Assembly: GCA_964016885.1 (NCBI GenBank)
Contig: OZ024747.1
Coordinates: 26,660,001 to 26,724,000 of the forward strand
Reading direction: 5' to 3'
DNA: 64,000 nt
Source of the DNA: Eledone cirrhosa
Lineage: Eukaryota
Shown: piece after piece, positions 38,238 to 52,199 of the stretch
How positions within the stretch are numbered: the first letter of the stretch is position 1
Layout of the letters: each line of letters starts with the position of its first letter
Program-made: the position numbers and the translations under genes
Notes under the pieces: generated by a model
Database searches by the model: none
Seen by the model: the letters and a program-made list of their open reading frames with translations, nothing else
Told to the model about the DNA's origin: nothing

Positions 38238-41085
38238 ATTTCGTTTCTGAATTTGTTTAGCAAGATTCTTTATCTGAAAACGTGTGTTGAAACCGATATT
38301 ATTATACTTTGGGAGGGTCATGTTGCCAATAAGAAACACACGCACCAGTTGCTTTCACTTCAATTTATTATAATAAATTTATAAATTTAGGAATTTATAA
38401 ATTTCCGGTTGGTTGGTTGGTTCCACAACCAGATGATTGTTTATATATTGTCAAAGTTCTTTTGTCACACATTCTGTGACCTCTTCAGTGACTGGGGATT
38501 CTTCTCTTTGTTTTTGTGCCTCTCCTTTGTTCTGTCCTACGCCATCTTGTTTTTGTGTGTGTGTTGTGTGCTTAGTTTGCGCATGTGTTACATCCGGGTA
38601 TCCGTGTGTGTTTATATTCGTTTATTTATTTGTTTATTTGCATGTTACTGGTTGGTTGTTTGTTCTATGTGCGTGTGTGTTTTCATTTTGTCCTTAATTG
38701 TAAGTTGTGATGCTGCTGTTCCATTCATGTTTTCTATTTAATTTTGGTTGGAGTTCATTTATGTTTATTGCCTCTGTGATTTGTCTAAACATTGCGTCTT
38801 TTCTGTGTGTAGATTCTATTTTTATTTCTATGTTCTCTAGTTTACCTTTTTTATTTCTATGTTCTCTAGTTTACCTTTTTTATTTCTATGTTCTCTAGTG
38901 ACCTGCAAATCATTATGAACAATATAAATGTCGAAGCAGGAAGCTTAGGTCTCAATATCAGTGCTAAGAAGACCAAAAGCATGTTATCTGGGACACACCC
39001 ATCACCAACTAGTGTTTTCATTGAACAGGGGGAGGTGGAGATAGTGGACAACTTCACCTACCTAGGAAGCTCCATTGACAATGGAGGCGCCATGGACAGT
39101 GAATTGCAATGTAGAATGGGAAAGGCATCAGCAGCATTTAACCAGCTTGTCAAGATCTGGAGGAGCAGGAAGTTCACCCTCAAAACAAAGATGAGATTCT
39201 ACAACAGCAACGTGCTGTCCACACTCTTGTACGGAAGTGAAACATGGCACCTTAAGACCAGCCAAGAGAAGAAGTTGGACGCATTCGATTCCAGGTGTCT
39301 GCGAAAGATCCTGGGGATTAAATGGAGTGACCATGTAACAAACCAGGAAGTCAGGAACCGCACCAATCAGCAGCTGGTCTCTTCTGCCATCTGCAAGCGA
39401 CGCCTGGGTTGGTTTGGGCATGCTTTGAGACCTCCCCCGGAGAGTCTGGCGAACCAAGTACTTAAATAGAACCCACAGGGAAGCAGACGGAGAGGGCGAC
39501 CCAAAATGAACTGGCGCCAGACAGTTGAGAGGGACCTGCGAGCGACAAACAGACAATGGCGGGACGCTGTGCAACTGGCTGCTGACCGAACGCGGTGGAA
39601 CACTATGATTGCCTCATGCGTCGCAAGACGCGGGAGCTTCTGAGTCTGAGTCTAGTTTACCCTTATGTTCTATTTTAGCATGTTGGTAGAGTACAGATGA
39701 TTCTTTACTATCTTGAAGGTCTCGCCAGTGTTCATTTATCCGTTCCCCTATACTACGAGCTGTCTCACCTATGTACACTATATTTTTATCTCTACATTGT
39801 CCTTCAGTACATCTTATGCTATATACTACATTTCTAGTTTTACAGTTAATATGGGGGCTTAATTTACAGATTATACATTTCTTATCTATACAGGGAGGTC
39901 TTTGAAAAGGGTATGTATTGCTAATAAGTGTTTTTATGGAGGTACCTGGTCTTTCTACTATCTTAATATTGAGTTTATGTTTATCTAGAGTCCTTCTAAA
40001 TCTGTAAGCTAATTCACCTCTAGGGGTTGTATTGATGAACATTACACTCTGGTATTTATTGCTATCATACCATGAGTTTATTCTATTAACCTTATTCCTA
40101 GTTCTTTCTATTCAATTCCAAAATTTGCTCCTATACAAGGGACAGGTCCCATTTGTATCATTATTTACCATTTTTTCCCATTTGGTTCTGGCTCCTCTAT
40201 ATACTCTGATTTTATCTCTCTGATTGTAACCAGAGAACTGCATACGGTGGATAAAGTGTTGTATGTGTCTCTCTAGTTCTTTGGGGTTGCACATGCGGGA
40301 CACGTTTCTCATCGCTCGTGCCAAATCCGCAATCAGTATGTTGATTTTGGTATGGTCCGAAACAGCTGAGTTTCGGTGGATCAGATATTTGGAAGTCATG
40401 GGTTTGGCATAATGGGAATGGAGGATTTGTTTTTTGTTATTAGTGGTATCTAACCAGAGCTCTGTGTCTAGTACAGGTAATCGATGGTTGGGGTGTTTTT
40501 GTGGGTAGTCTATAGTAACTCTAATACTCTGGTGGATGGAGTTAGCTATTTGCTAGATGCTTTCCATTGTGTTTTTCTCTAATTCCTGACTGTTCTCTAG
40601 TGGGGGGGGGGGGGTTACTACGATGTTTATATCATCAACGTAGTGGGAGTACATTATCAGAGTTGAGGGGTCTTCTAATTGTTCTTTAAGTTTAAGTTTA
40701 AGTCTACTGTCCCACCATACCATAAATAGGTTAGCTATGTCGCCTGCAATGCTAACACCAATGGCTGCTCCCTCCTCTTGGGCATATGTTTTTCCATTAA
40801 ATTTGAACATATGTTCCTTAAGGGTTAATTTTATGCTGGCCCCCACCGCATGTGCAATCATTTTCTTTAGTTCATAGGGATTTTCGGGGGTCCGTATGGC
40901 TCTGGTCCACCCGTTCCATCTATCCGTGTGGGTTTTCTTGGCCATTGAGGTAATGGTAGGTGGTCTGCCTCTTGCTGGTCTTGTAGGGAACAGGTTGCTA
41001 AGGTCATATGTATATAGATAATTATTACTATAGGTAAGTTTAAGTAGGAGTCCCAGCTCACTGGTATCAATCCCACGGAATTCAA
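38238..41085 (-). mobile_element. Penelope-like element (Neptune-like), left arm, interrupted by RTE
   Basis: RT (FKFNGKTYAQEEGAAIG..IANLFM..YVDDIN), thumb, Cys linker, GIY-YIG; stops at 40553 and 40112; HHR at 38450-38492 has GAAA>AAAA. Confidence 0.93.
38900..39650 (+). mobile_element. 5'-truncated RTE-clade LINE nested in PLE
   Basis: GLNISAKKTK, FTYLGS, STLLYGSETW, RLGWFGH, RRRGRPK; tail CTGAGTCTGAG; TCTAGT at 38894-38899 and 39651-39656. Confidence 0.92.
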
Positions 41086-42735
41086 CATTGGTGTTAGCAT
41101 TGCAGGCGACATAGCTAACCTATTTATGGTATGGTGGGACAGTAGACTTAAACTTAAACTTAAAGAACAATTAGAAGACCTCTCAACCCTGATAATGTAC
41201 TCCCGCTACGTTGATGATATAAACATCGTAGAAAAAACACCCCCACTAGAGAACAGTCAGGAATTAGAGAAAAACACAATGGAAAGCATCCAGCAAATAG
41301 CTAAATCCATCCACCAGAGTATTAGAGTTACTATAGACTACCCACAAAAACACCCCAAACATCGATTACCTGTACTAGACACAGGCTCTGGTTAGATACC
41401 ATTAATAACAAAAAACAAATCCTCCATTCCCATTATGCCAAACCCATGACTTCCAAATATCTGATCCACCGAAACTCAGCTGTTTCGGACCATACCAAAA
41501 TCAACATACTGATTGCGGATTTGGTACGAGTGATGAGAAACGTGTCCCGCATGTGCAACCCCAAAGAACTAGAGAGACACATACAACACTTCATCCACCG
41601 TATGCAGTTCTCTGGTTACAATCAGAGAGATAAAATCAGAGTGTATAGAGGAGCCAGAACCAAATGGGAAAAAATGGTAAATAATGACACAAATGGGACC
41701 TGCCCCTTTTATAGGAGCAAATTCTGGAATAGAATAGAAAGAACTAGGAATAAGGCTAATAGAATAAACTCCATGGTATGATAGCAATAAATACCAGAGT
41801 GTAATGTTCATCGATACAACCCCTAGAGGTGAATTAGCTTACAAATTTAGAAGGGCCCTAGATAAACATAAACTCAATATTAAGATAGTAGAAAGACCAG
41901 GTACCTCCATAAAAACACTTATTAGCAATACATACCCTTTTCAAAGACCTCCCTGTATAGATGAGAAATGTATAATCTGTAAATTAAGCCCCCATATTAA
42001 CTGTAAAACTAGAAATGTAGTATATAGCATAAGATGTACTGAAGGACAATGTAGAGATAAAAATATAGTGTACATAGGTGAGACAGCTCGTAGTGTAGGG
42101 GAACGGATAAATGAACACTGGCGAGACCTTCAAGATAGTAAAGAATCATCTCTACTCTACCAACATGCTAAAATAGAACATAAGGGTAAACTAGAGAACA
42201 TAGATATAAAAATAGAATCTACACACAGAAAAGACGCAATGTTTAGACAAATCACAGAGGCAATAAACATAAATGAACTCCAACCAAAATTAAATAGAAA
42301 ACATGAATGGAACAGCAACATCACAACTTACAATTAAGGACTAAATGAAAACACACACGCACATAGAACAAACAACCAACCAGTAACATGCAAATAAACA
42401 AATAAATAAACGAATATAAACACACACGGACACCCGGATGTAACACATGCGCAAACTAAGCACACAACACACACACAAAAACAAGATGGCGTAGGACAGA
42501 ACAAAGGAGAGGCACAAAAACAAAGAGAAGAATCCCCAGTCACTGAAGAGGTCACAGAATGTGTGACGAAAGAACTTTGACAATATATAAACAATCATCT
42601 GGTTGTGGAACCAACCAACCAACCAACCGGAAATTTATAAATTCCTAAATTTATAAATTTATTATAATAAATTGAAGTGAAAGCAACTGGTGCGTGTGTT
42701 TCTTATTGGCAACATGACCCTCCCAAAGTATAACA
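41086..42735 (+). mobile_element. Penelope-like element (Neptune-like), right arm in inverted orientation
   Basis: YSRYVDDIN, LPVLD, complete GIY-YIG ORF 41804-42337; 1-bp frameshifts near 41384 and 41771. Confidence 0.93.
42539..42581 (+). ncRNA. type I hammerhead ribozyme in PLE 3' region
   Basis: GTCA-CTGAAGA-G-GTCACA-GAATG-TGTGAC-GAAA-GAACTT-TGAC. Confidence 0.78.
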
Positions 42736-42740
42736 ATATA

Positions 42741-42797
<57 letters not shown>

Positions 42798-42874
42798 TCA
42801 CATGCTTTATAGATATATCTATATTTATATGTGTGTACGTGCGTATGCATATATGTATACATACATACATTCAT

Positions 42875-42919
<45 letters not shown>

Positions 42920-43076
42920 TACGTACGTACCCACATACATACTTACATACATACATATATCATAAAAAGCCATCTTACACTTGAAAGACGTTAATTAAAA
43001 ACAAACGAACCAAAACAGATTGGCTTCCTTTGTTGTTGTTGTTATTGTTGTTGCTGTTGTTGCTGTTGTTGCTGTT

Positions 43077-43107
<31 letters not shown>

Positions 43108-43421
43108 TTGTTATTGCTGTTGCTGTTCTTGCTGATGACATTATTATTTATAGTGCAACTCTGGTCGTTATTTCTCTTGTTCTTACGATTCCTTAATTAT
43201 TTATGATTGTGCTTCTTGCTGTTTGTGCTGTTTGGTGTTGTTATCTCTGTTGTTGTTGATGATGATGTTGATGATGATGTTGCTGTTGTTGTTGATGATG
43301 ATGTTGTTGTTGTTGTTGGTGGTTGTGGTGGTGGTGATGGTGGTGGTAGTGGTGGCACTGTTTTTGTTGCTCTCCACTGCTCGGGTTAATTTTATAATGT
43401 TTTTATTATTATTATTGTCGT

Positions 43422-43465
<44 letters not shown>

Positions 43466-43532
43466 GTCATCATCGTCGTCGTCGTCATCGTTATGTGCTG
43501 TTGTTGATATTGTTATTGATATTGTTATTATT

Positions 43533-43716
43533 GTGGATTGGCAGTATCGGTAGAGCGTCAGACACCATGCTTTGCAAGCATGGATCTATGGCCCTTTACG
43601 TTCTGAGTTCAAATCCTGCCGAGGTTAACTTTCATCCTTACGGGGTCGATAAAATAAAGTACCAGTAATGCACTGGGATAGTAATTGCTGGCCTTGTGCC
43701 AAAAGTAGAAACACTT
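43533..43716 (+). mobile_element. tRNA-derived SINE
   Basis: Aligns with 13068-13259. Confidence 0.85.
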
Positions 43717-43929
43717 ATTATTGTTATTATCATTAGTGTTATTGTTTTTTGCTGTTGTTGTTGTTAGTGGCGGTGGTGATGGGGGTCGTTATTTTTTTGT
43801 TGTTTATTTTGCTAATATTATTGTTTTTGTAATTGATTTAGTTCTCGTTGTCAGTTACTGTAACTGTTGGTGATGGTGTTGATGTTGTTGATGTTGTTGT
43901 TGTTACTGTTGGTGATGATGATGTTGTTG

Positions 43930-43961
<32 letters not shown>

Positions 43962-44327
43962 GGTGGTGGTGGTGGTGGTGGTGGTGGTGGTGGTGGTGGT
44001 GGTGGTGGTGGCGATGTTGAATGTTGCATTTCAGTTAAATATCGCTCATGGATGATGACGACGACGATAATGATGATGATGATGATGATGGTGGTGATGA
44101 TGATGAGGGTGGTGATGATGATGAGGGTGGTGGTGGTGGTGATGGTGATGATGATGATGGTGGTGATGATGGAGGTGTGACTGTGACAGGGGAGGATGGT
44201 TTAGGTAGAAGTGTCTGTGGAAGTAGTATCGATGGTGGTTATCTTCCTTCCTCTATTCACACCGATATTTCATCTTAATATATATAAACGATAATAAATA
44301 TCGTTTTGTTTTTTTATTGTATTGTTT

Positions 44328-44422
<95 letters not shown>

Positions 44423-45189
44423 TGTGTGTGTGTGTGTGTGTGCGCATGTGTGTGTTGTGGGTCTGTACGCGTGTGTGTGTGCACATGTGTGTGTGTGTGT
44501 GTGTGTGTTAGTTTCCCACTTTTTGTCATGCAGGAGGGGAAAGCAATGACTGTGCTGAGAGAGGTGAGAGAGACAGGAAAAGAAAGAAAATATCTCAAAT
44601 CAAAAGGAGGTGAGTTTAATGAAGACTGGATTTGGGAGGCAAGATTGTGCCCTAAAATATGGAGCGGGGTTGGAGAGTTAATGTGGATGATGGTGGGAGA
44701 GAATAATGGTGGCGGCGGCGGCGGCGGCGGTGGTGATGGTAGTAATGATGATGGTCGTCGTCGTTACGATGGTTACATGAGGGTGACAGTGATGATGATG
44801 ATGATGACGATTATAATGATGATCATGGCGATAATGATGTTAATGATGATGATGATAGGAGGAGGAGGAGGCTGATGACAACGACTATGGTGATGACGGT
44901 GATGATGATGATGATAATGAGGAGGATGGTGGTGGTGCTGGTGGTGGTGGTGGTGGTGGTGGTGGTGGTGGTGTTCCTCTATTGACCTATATAGTGTTAC
45001 ACTCATATCCTGCTTGACCAGTCAACCGTAAATAACCCCCCCCCCCCCAAAACCCTAACCTACACCACCACCACACCCCACATCACACCCACCACACCCC
45101 ACACCACACCCACCACACCCCACACCCAACCAGCAAATGAACATTTCAACAAACCGACAGAAAATGTAATGGAATGTCAACTTAATTCT

Positions 45190-45379
45190 GGGAATGATGA
45201 TGATGATGGTTGTGATGGTGATGATGATGGTGATGGTTATGATGGTTGTGATGGTGATGATGGTGATGATGGTGATGATGGTTGTGATGGTGATGATGAG
45301 GGTGGTTATGATGGTGATGATGATGACAACAACGCGGAGGGAGAAGAGGAGAAAGATGATATGATAATGACGATGTTGG

Positions 45380-45410
<31 letters not shown>

Positions 45411-45475
45411 GGTGGTGATGCTGGTGGTGCTGGTGGTGGTGCTGGTGGTGGTGCTGGTGCTGGTGGTGGTGCTGG

Positions 45476-45506
<31 letters not shown>

Positions 45507-45592
45507 GGTGGTGATGCTGGTGGTGCTGGTGGTGGTGCTGGTGGTGGTGCTGGTGGTGGTGGTGGTGCTGGTGGTGCTGGTGGTGGTGGTGC

Positions 45593-45623
<31 letters not shown>

Positions 45624-45787
45624 GGTGCTGGTGGTGGTGGTGGTGGTGGTGCTGGTGATGGTGGTGGTGCTGGTGGTGCTGGTGGTGGTGGTGCTGGTGG
45701 TGGTGGTGGTGGTGGTGCTGGTGATGGTGGTGGTGCTGGTGCTGGTGGTGGTGCTGGTGGTGGTGCTGGTGGTGCTGGTGGTGGTTC

Positions 45788-45818
<31 letters not shown>

Positions 45819-45853
45819 GGTGGTGCTGGTGGTGGTGGTGGTGGTGGTTCTGG

Positions 45854-45884
<31 letters not shown>

Positions 45885-45916
45885 GGTTGTGCTGGTGGTG
45901 GTGGTGGTGGTTCTGG

Positions 45917-45947
<31 letters not shown>

Positions 45948-45976
45948 GGTTGTGCTGGTGGTGGTGGTGGTGGTTC

Positions 45977-46007
<31 letters not shown>

Positions 46008-46048
46008 GGTGGTGCTGGTGGTGGTGCTGGTGGTGCTGGTGGTGGTTC

Positions 46049-46079
<31 letters not shown>

Positions 46080-46123
46080 GGTTGTGCTGGTGGTGGTGGT
46101 GGTGGTGGTTCTGGTGGTGGTTC

Positions 46124-46154
<31 letters not shown>

Positions 46155-46429
46155 GGTTGTGCTGGTGGTGGTGGTGGTGGTGGTGCTGGTGATGGTGGTG
46201 GTGCTGGTGGTGCTGGTGGTGGTGGTGCTGGTGGTGGTGCTGGTGGTGCTGGTGGTGGTGGTGCTGGTGGTGGTGGTGGTGGTGGTGCTGGTGGTGGTGC
46301 TGGTGGTGCTGGTGGTGTTGGTGCTGGTGGTGGTGGTGGTGGTGGTGCTGGTGGTGCTGGTGGTGGTGGTGCTGGTGGTGGTGGTGCTGGTGGTGGTGGT
46401 GGTGGTGGTGCTGGTGCTGGTGGTGGTGG

Positions 46430-46460
<31 letters not shown>

Positions 46461-46843
46461 GGTGCTGGTGGTGGTGGTGCTGGTGGTGCTGGTGGTGGTG
46501 GTGCTGGTGGTGGTGCTGGTGGTGCTGGTGGTGGTGCTGGTGGTGGTGGTGGTGCTGGTGGTGGTGTTGGTGGTGGTGGTGGTGCTGGTGGTGGTGGTGG
46601 TGGTGCTGGTGGTGGTGGTGCTGGTGGTGGTGGTGCTGGTGGTGGTGCTGGTGGTGTTGGTGGTGGTGCTGGTGGTGGTGGTGGTGCTGGTGGTGGTGCT
46701 GGTGGTGGTGGTGGTGCTGGTGGTGGTGGTGGTGGTGGTGGTGGTCGTGGTGGTGCTGGTGGTGGTGGTTGTGGTGGTGGTGGTGGTGGTGGTGCTGGTG
46801 GTGGTGCTGGTGGTTGTGCTGGTGGTGGTGGTGGTGGTTCTGG

Positions 46844-46874
<31 letters not shown>

Positions 46875-46969
46875 GGTGGTGCTGGTGGTGATGGTGGTGC
46901 TGGTGGTGGTGGTGGTGGTGGTGCTGGTGGTTGTGCTGGTGGTGGTGGTGGTGGTTCTGGTGGTGATGG

Positions 46970-47000
<31 letters not shown>

Positions 47001-47086
47001 GGTGCTGGCGGTGGCGGTGCTGGCGGTGGCGGTGGTGGTGGTGGTGGTGGTGGTGGTGGTGGTGGTGGTGGTGGTGGTGGTGGTGG

Positions 47087-47117
<31 letters not shown>

Positions 47118-47146
47118 GGTAGTGGTGGTGGTGGTGGTGGTGGTGG

Positions 47147-47177
<31 letters not shown>

Positions 47178-47311
47178 GGTGCTGGTGGTGCTGGTGGTGG
47201 CGGCAGTGGTGGTGGTGGTGGTTGTGGTGGCGGCGATGGTGGTGGTGCTGGTGATGGTGGTGCTGGCGGTGGTGGTGCTGGTGGTGGTGGTGGTGGCGGT
47301 GGTGGTGGTGG

Positions 47312-47342
<31 letters not shown>

Positions 47343-47383
47343 GGTGGTGGCGGTGGCGGTGCTGGCGGTGGCGGTGGTGGTGG

Positions 47384-47414
<31 letters not shown>

Positions 47415-47873
47415 GGTGCTGGTGGTGCTGGTGATGGTGGTGGTGGCGGCAGTGGTGGTGGTGGTGGTTGTGGTGGCGGCGGTGGTGGTGGTGGTGGTGG
47501 TAGTGATGGGAGTGGTGGTGGTGGTGCTGGTGGTGCTGGTGGTGCTGGTGATGGTGGTGGTGGCGGCAGTGGTGGTGGTGGTGGTTGTGGTGGCGGCGGT
47601 GGTGGTGGTGGTGGTGGTAGTGATGGGAGTGGTGGTGGTGGTGATGGTAGTGGTGGCGGTGGTGGTGATTTCTTGATGGTGTTCATGTTAATGTCGCGGT
47701 TGATATGATTGTCATTGATACTATTGTTGATGTTGGTGTTGTTGTTGTTGATGTTGATGATGTTGTTGTTGTTGTTGCTGTTATTGTTGTTAATATTGTT
47801 CTTGTTGATGTGTTAATGTTATTGCTGTTGTTGATATTGTCGCTGATGTTGTTGTTGTTGTTACTGATGTTGC

Positions 47874-47928
<55 letters not shown>

Positions 47929-47960
47929 GCTGATGTTGTTGTTGTTGTTGTTGTTATTAA
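45190..47960. repeat. 2.7-kb (GAT)n/(GGT,GCT)n/(GTT)n triplet satellite
   Basis: Direct reading; explains 835-aa poly-Val and poly-Pro ORFs. Confidence 0.95.
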
Positions 47961-48574
47961 TGTAGTTGATGTGTTTTACACACTTGAATGAATTTCATTC
48001 GTTCATATATTCTAGTATTTAACTTGCATCTCTCTCTCTCTCTCTCTCTCTTTCTTATTCTCTCTCTCTCTCTCTCTCTCCAAAATCATTTGTCCTCTTT
48101 CTCTTTTCGTCAGAGAGAGAGAGAGAGAATAAGAGAGAGAGAGAGAGGGGGCAGGGGGGGGAGACAGACACATTGGCTTCTTCTCATTAGACAAGAACAC
48201 AAGAAAACATTGATTTCTTTGCATGAGTATAGTTGATTTGAATCAAATATAATTCTACACACACACACACACACTTTTTTAAAGTGAGGAAAGACTGTGC
48301 ACTGAGCCAATCCCACTCTCTGAGCGACAGTAGCTATAACCCGAAAAGAAGAAAAGATCAACATCATCGGTAACTACTGTGCCGCGGGTTTTATGTCGGA
48401 GTTATCCCAGTTTCCTGAATTGCCTTCTCCTAGAAGGATGCCCTGACTAAGGCTAGGGGTCCTTTCCTCCCAGTGGTTTAACCGCGTAATCGGGTATCTA
48501 GCCCGATTATTTCTATGTCCTCGCGCATAATATACATACATACATACATACATACAACTTGAAACATCATAAAC

Positions 48575-49400
48575 AACACCGGAAACTTCCACATCAACAG
48601 TCACATAGACCGCCTCTACTTGAAACGTAAGCAGGGGCGCAGAGGTCTAACATCAGTCCAGACAGCATTTGAGTGTCGCATCATATCCCTCCGAGAACAT
48701 CTACGAATCTCCAAGCGTAAGAACCCATCTATTAAGTAAGTCTGTCTGCATGAGACAGATAAAATCACATGAAAGTTATGGAGGTACTCCTTGAAAGACA
48801 CTCCCTGCATGATAATTAAAAATTCACACCCAGGGAAATTGCCCAGCAATACCGTGGTGACACCATAGATGAAAAACTGCATGCTTATCAGCAAAAAATC
48901 ATGCATGGATGTGTTGCCAGGAAACTACAGAGTGAGAGTAATATAGATAAGCAAAGTAGTCTAGCTTGGACCAACAACCGCTATATTGGCTCCCACTTTG
49001 AAGGATATGCTTTTGCAATCCAAGAACAGGAAATCAATATAAAATACCTGATTCACAAAAGAGATAGGGATGCAGGCAAAACACCTAGATGCGATAACAA
49101 ATGCAGACTCTGCAGAATTAACATCGAAGATGTCACTCATGTCATAAGCAGCTGCCTAAAGATGTCATCACGGTACTATCTACCTATGAGGCATGATGTA
49201 GTGGCCAAAACGCAGTACAATATAATCCGTAGAAAAGCTAGCCACGACAATAAACATTAAAAGTTACAGCAATGTAAGACATACATAATATGAAAGAGTA
49301 CTGGTGGAATGTTCCAGTCAAAACCCCAATAAAATGCAAGCATAACAGACCAGATGTAATTATATGGGACAGGGAAAAGAAGGCATGCACAGTAATGGAT
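48575..49400 (+). pseudogene. R4/Dong-clade LINE fragment (post-RT, CCHC finger, RLE start)
   Basis: IDRLYLKRKQGRRGL, MHG, AIQEQEI, CRLCRINIEDVTHVISSC, RHDVVAK, HNRPDVIIWD. Confidence 0.88.
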
Positions 49401-49602
49401 TGGCAGTTTCGGTAGATCATCGGACAACATGCTTTGCGGCACAGAGTTACAGCCTTTTACGTTCTGAGTTCAAATCCCACCAAGGTTAAGCATTGCCTTT
49501 CATTCTTAAAGAGTCGATAAAATAAAGCACCACTGGGGTCGATTTAATCGACTTTTCCCTCTCCCCAAAATTGTAGGCCTTGTACATTAATCAGAAACCA
49601 TT
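49397..49602 (+). mobile_element. tRNA-derived SINE
   Basis: Aligns with 58613-58828. Confidence 0.8.
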
Positions 49603-50494
49603 GTTAACCATATTTTAAAATCAGAAACCATTATAAGCATTTGTTGTACAACGTTCTCCTAGAATTGAAGCTACAGAGTATCCGAGATTCGATTAAAAAT
49701 GTTTTATTCAAAAATCTCTACGGGTTCGAACCTCATCAAAGGTGCTGTGCTGAGCTGTTTCAATCTTGCTTCTGTTTATTATTGGTTCATATATCTTCGT
49801 TGTTTGAGGGTCACCGTTTTGTAGAGAATTTTGTGAGTTCGTGTCAGTAAGATTTCATTTTTCATATATTTGTAAACATCACAGGCACATGCACATATTA
49901 AAGGAAATTCGACCAGATGATGGAATTTCTGCTCGGTGTGTGTGTGGTGGGGGGTCTGTGTGCATGTGTCTGTGTGTCTGTGTGTGTCTCTGTGTGTGTC
50001 TGTGTGTATGTGTGTGTGAGTTTGTATGTGTTTACGTTTACTGTTTGTTGATGTCCCGCAACTTTGCTGTTCGACAAAAAAGAGATCGATAGAATAAGTA
50101 CCAGTCTTGAAAGAATATACAGTATATAACTACACGAATCGATATAATCAATTAAAGCCACAGCATGGCCGCAGTCCCATGGCTGAAACCAGCAAAAGTG
50201 TAAATACTTCCCAGTTCAGAATAGCTCCGCCTCCGCCTCCTCCTACTACCACCAATAGATCGATACAGTAGTCTTGTTTCATCGATATCGTTGAGGGAAC
50301 ACCCCAGAAGTCTGAGTGAGGAGTTGAACTGATGTAGATGAGAATCTGAACAACAGAACTAACTGTAAAGCTATCTATGTGTGTGTACATGCGTGTACAT
50401 ATCTTACTGTATATATATATATATGTGTGTGCATGCATGTGTGTGTGCATGTGTGCATGTGTGTGTGTGCGTGCGTGCATGTGTGTGTGTGTGT

Positions 50495-50528
<34 letters not shown>

Positions 50529-50757
50529 CTGTCTGTCTATCTGTCTGTCTGTCTATGTGTGCATGTGTATTAGCGAGAGAGTGTGTGAAAGAGAGAGAGA
50601 GAGTGTAAATGAAGGAGAAAGAAACTGAGAGAAGGAGAGAAAGATGGCGGAGGGAGGTGATTGTTGATTGGGCGCCATGACTAATGACGTAATTTATTGT
50701 ATGGCTCAAATTGTAATGAGAAGGCGTGGTTTCAGCAGCAGTTTATGTGGTTTCTGG

Positions 50758-51670
<913 letters not shown>

Positions 51671-52199
51671 TGTGTGTATCAATAATAACAAAGGAAGGGA
51701 CGGGAGGTGTGAGAGTAGGCGGATGTGGAGGGGAATGCTGGTGTTGTAATATAGACAGACAGCATATCAATAATAGTAAGGGAAGGGGCTGGGGGCGGGG
51801 AGATGGGAGTGGTGGGCGAAGGTGGCGGGGTGATGGGGTTTTTATTGTTGTTGTGATATAGAGACAGACAGACAGACTGACAGACAGACTGACTGACTGA
51901 CAGAATATGACAGCATTTAGGGACATAGTATGACAGACAGACAGACTGACAGACTGACAGACTAACTGACAGACTAATTTCTGTTTATTTGCCACTAGGG
52001 CACAAAAGAAAGGGACATGTACATGGGTGGGGGGAGTTTACATAAAAATCGAGTAAGAAAAATATAACAAACAAAATAGTAACAAGAAGGTCCTCAATAG
52101 GGAGGGATCGTTTTGGGGTCACACACACTCCCGAAAAAAAGTGTGCGACCCTTCTCCACGGGAGCACAAAGAGAGGGTGCTCCCTTCTTCCTGTTCCAC

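Noticed and set aside
45169-47686. 835-aa poly-Val and 834-aa Pro/Ala (extensin/formin-like) ORFs
   Set aside because: Pure GGT/GCT triplet repeat open on both strands, with no non-repetitive domain
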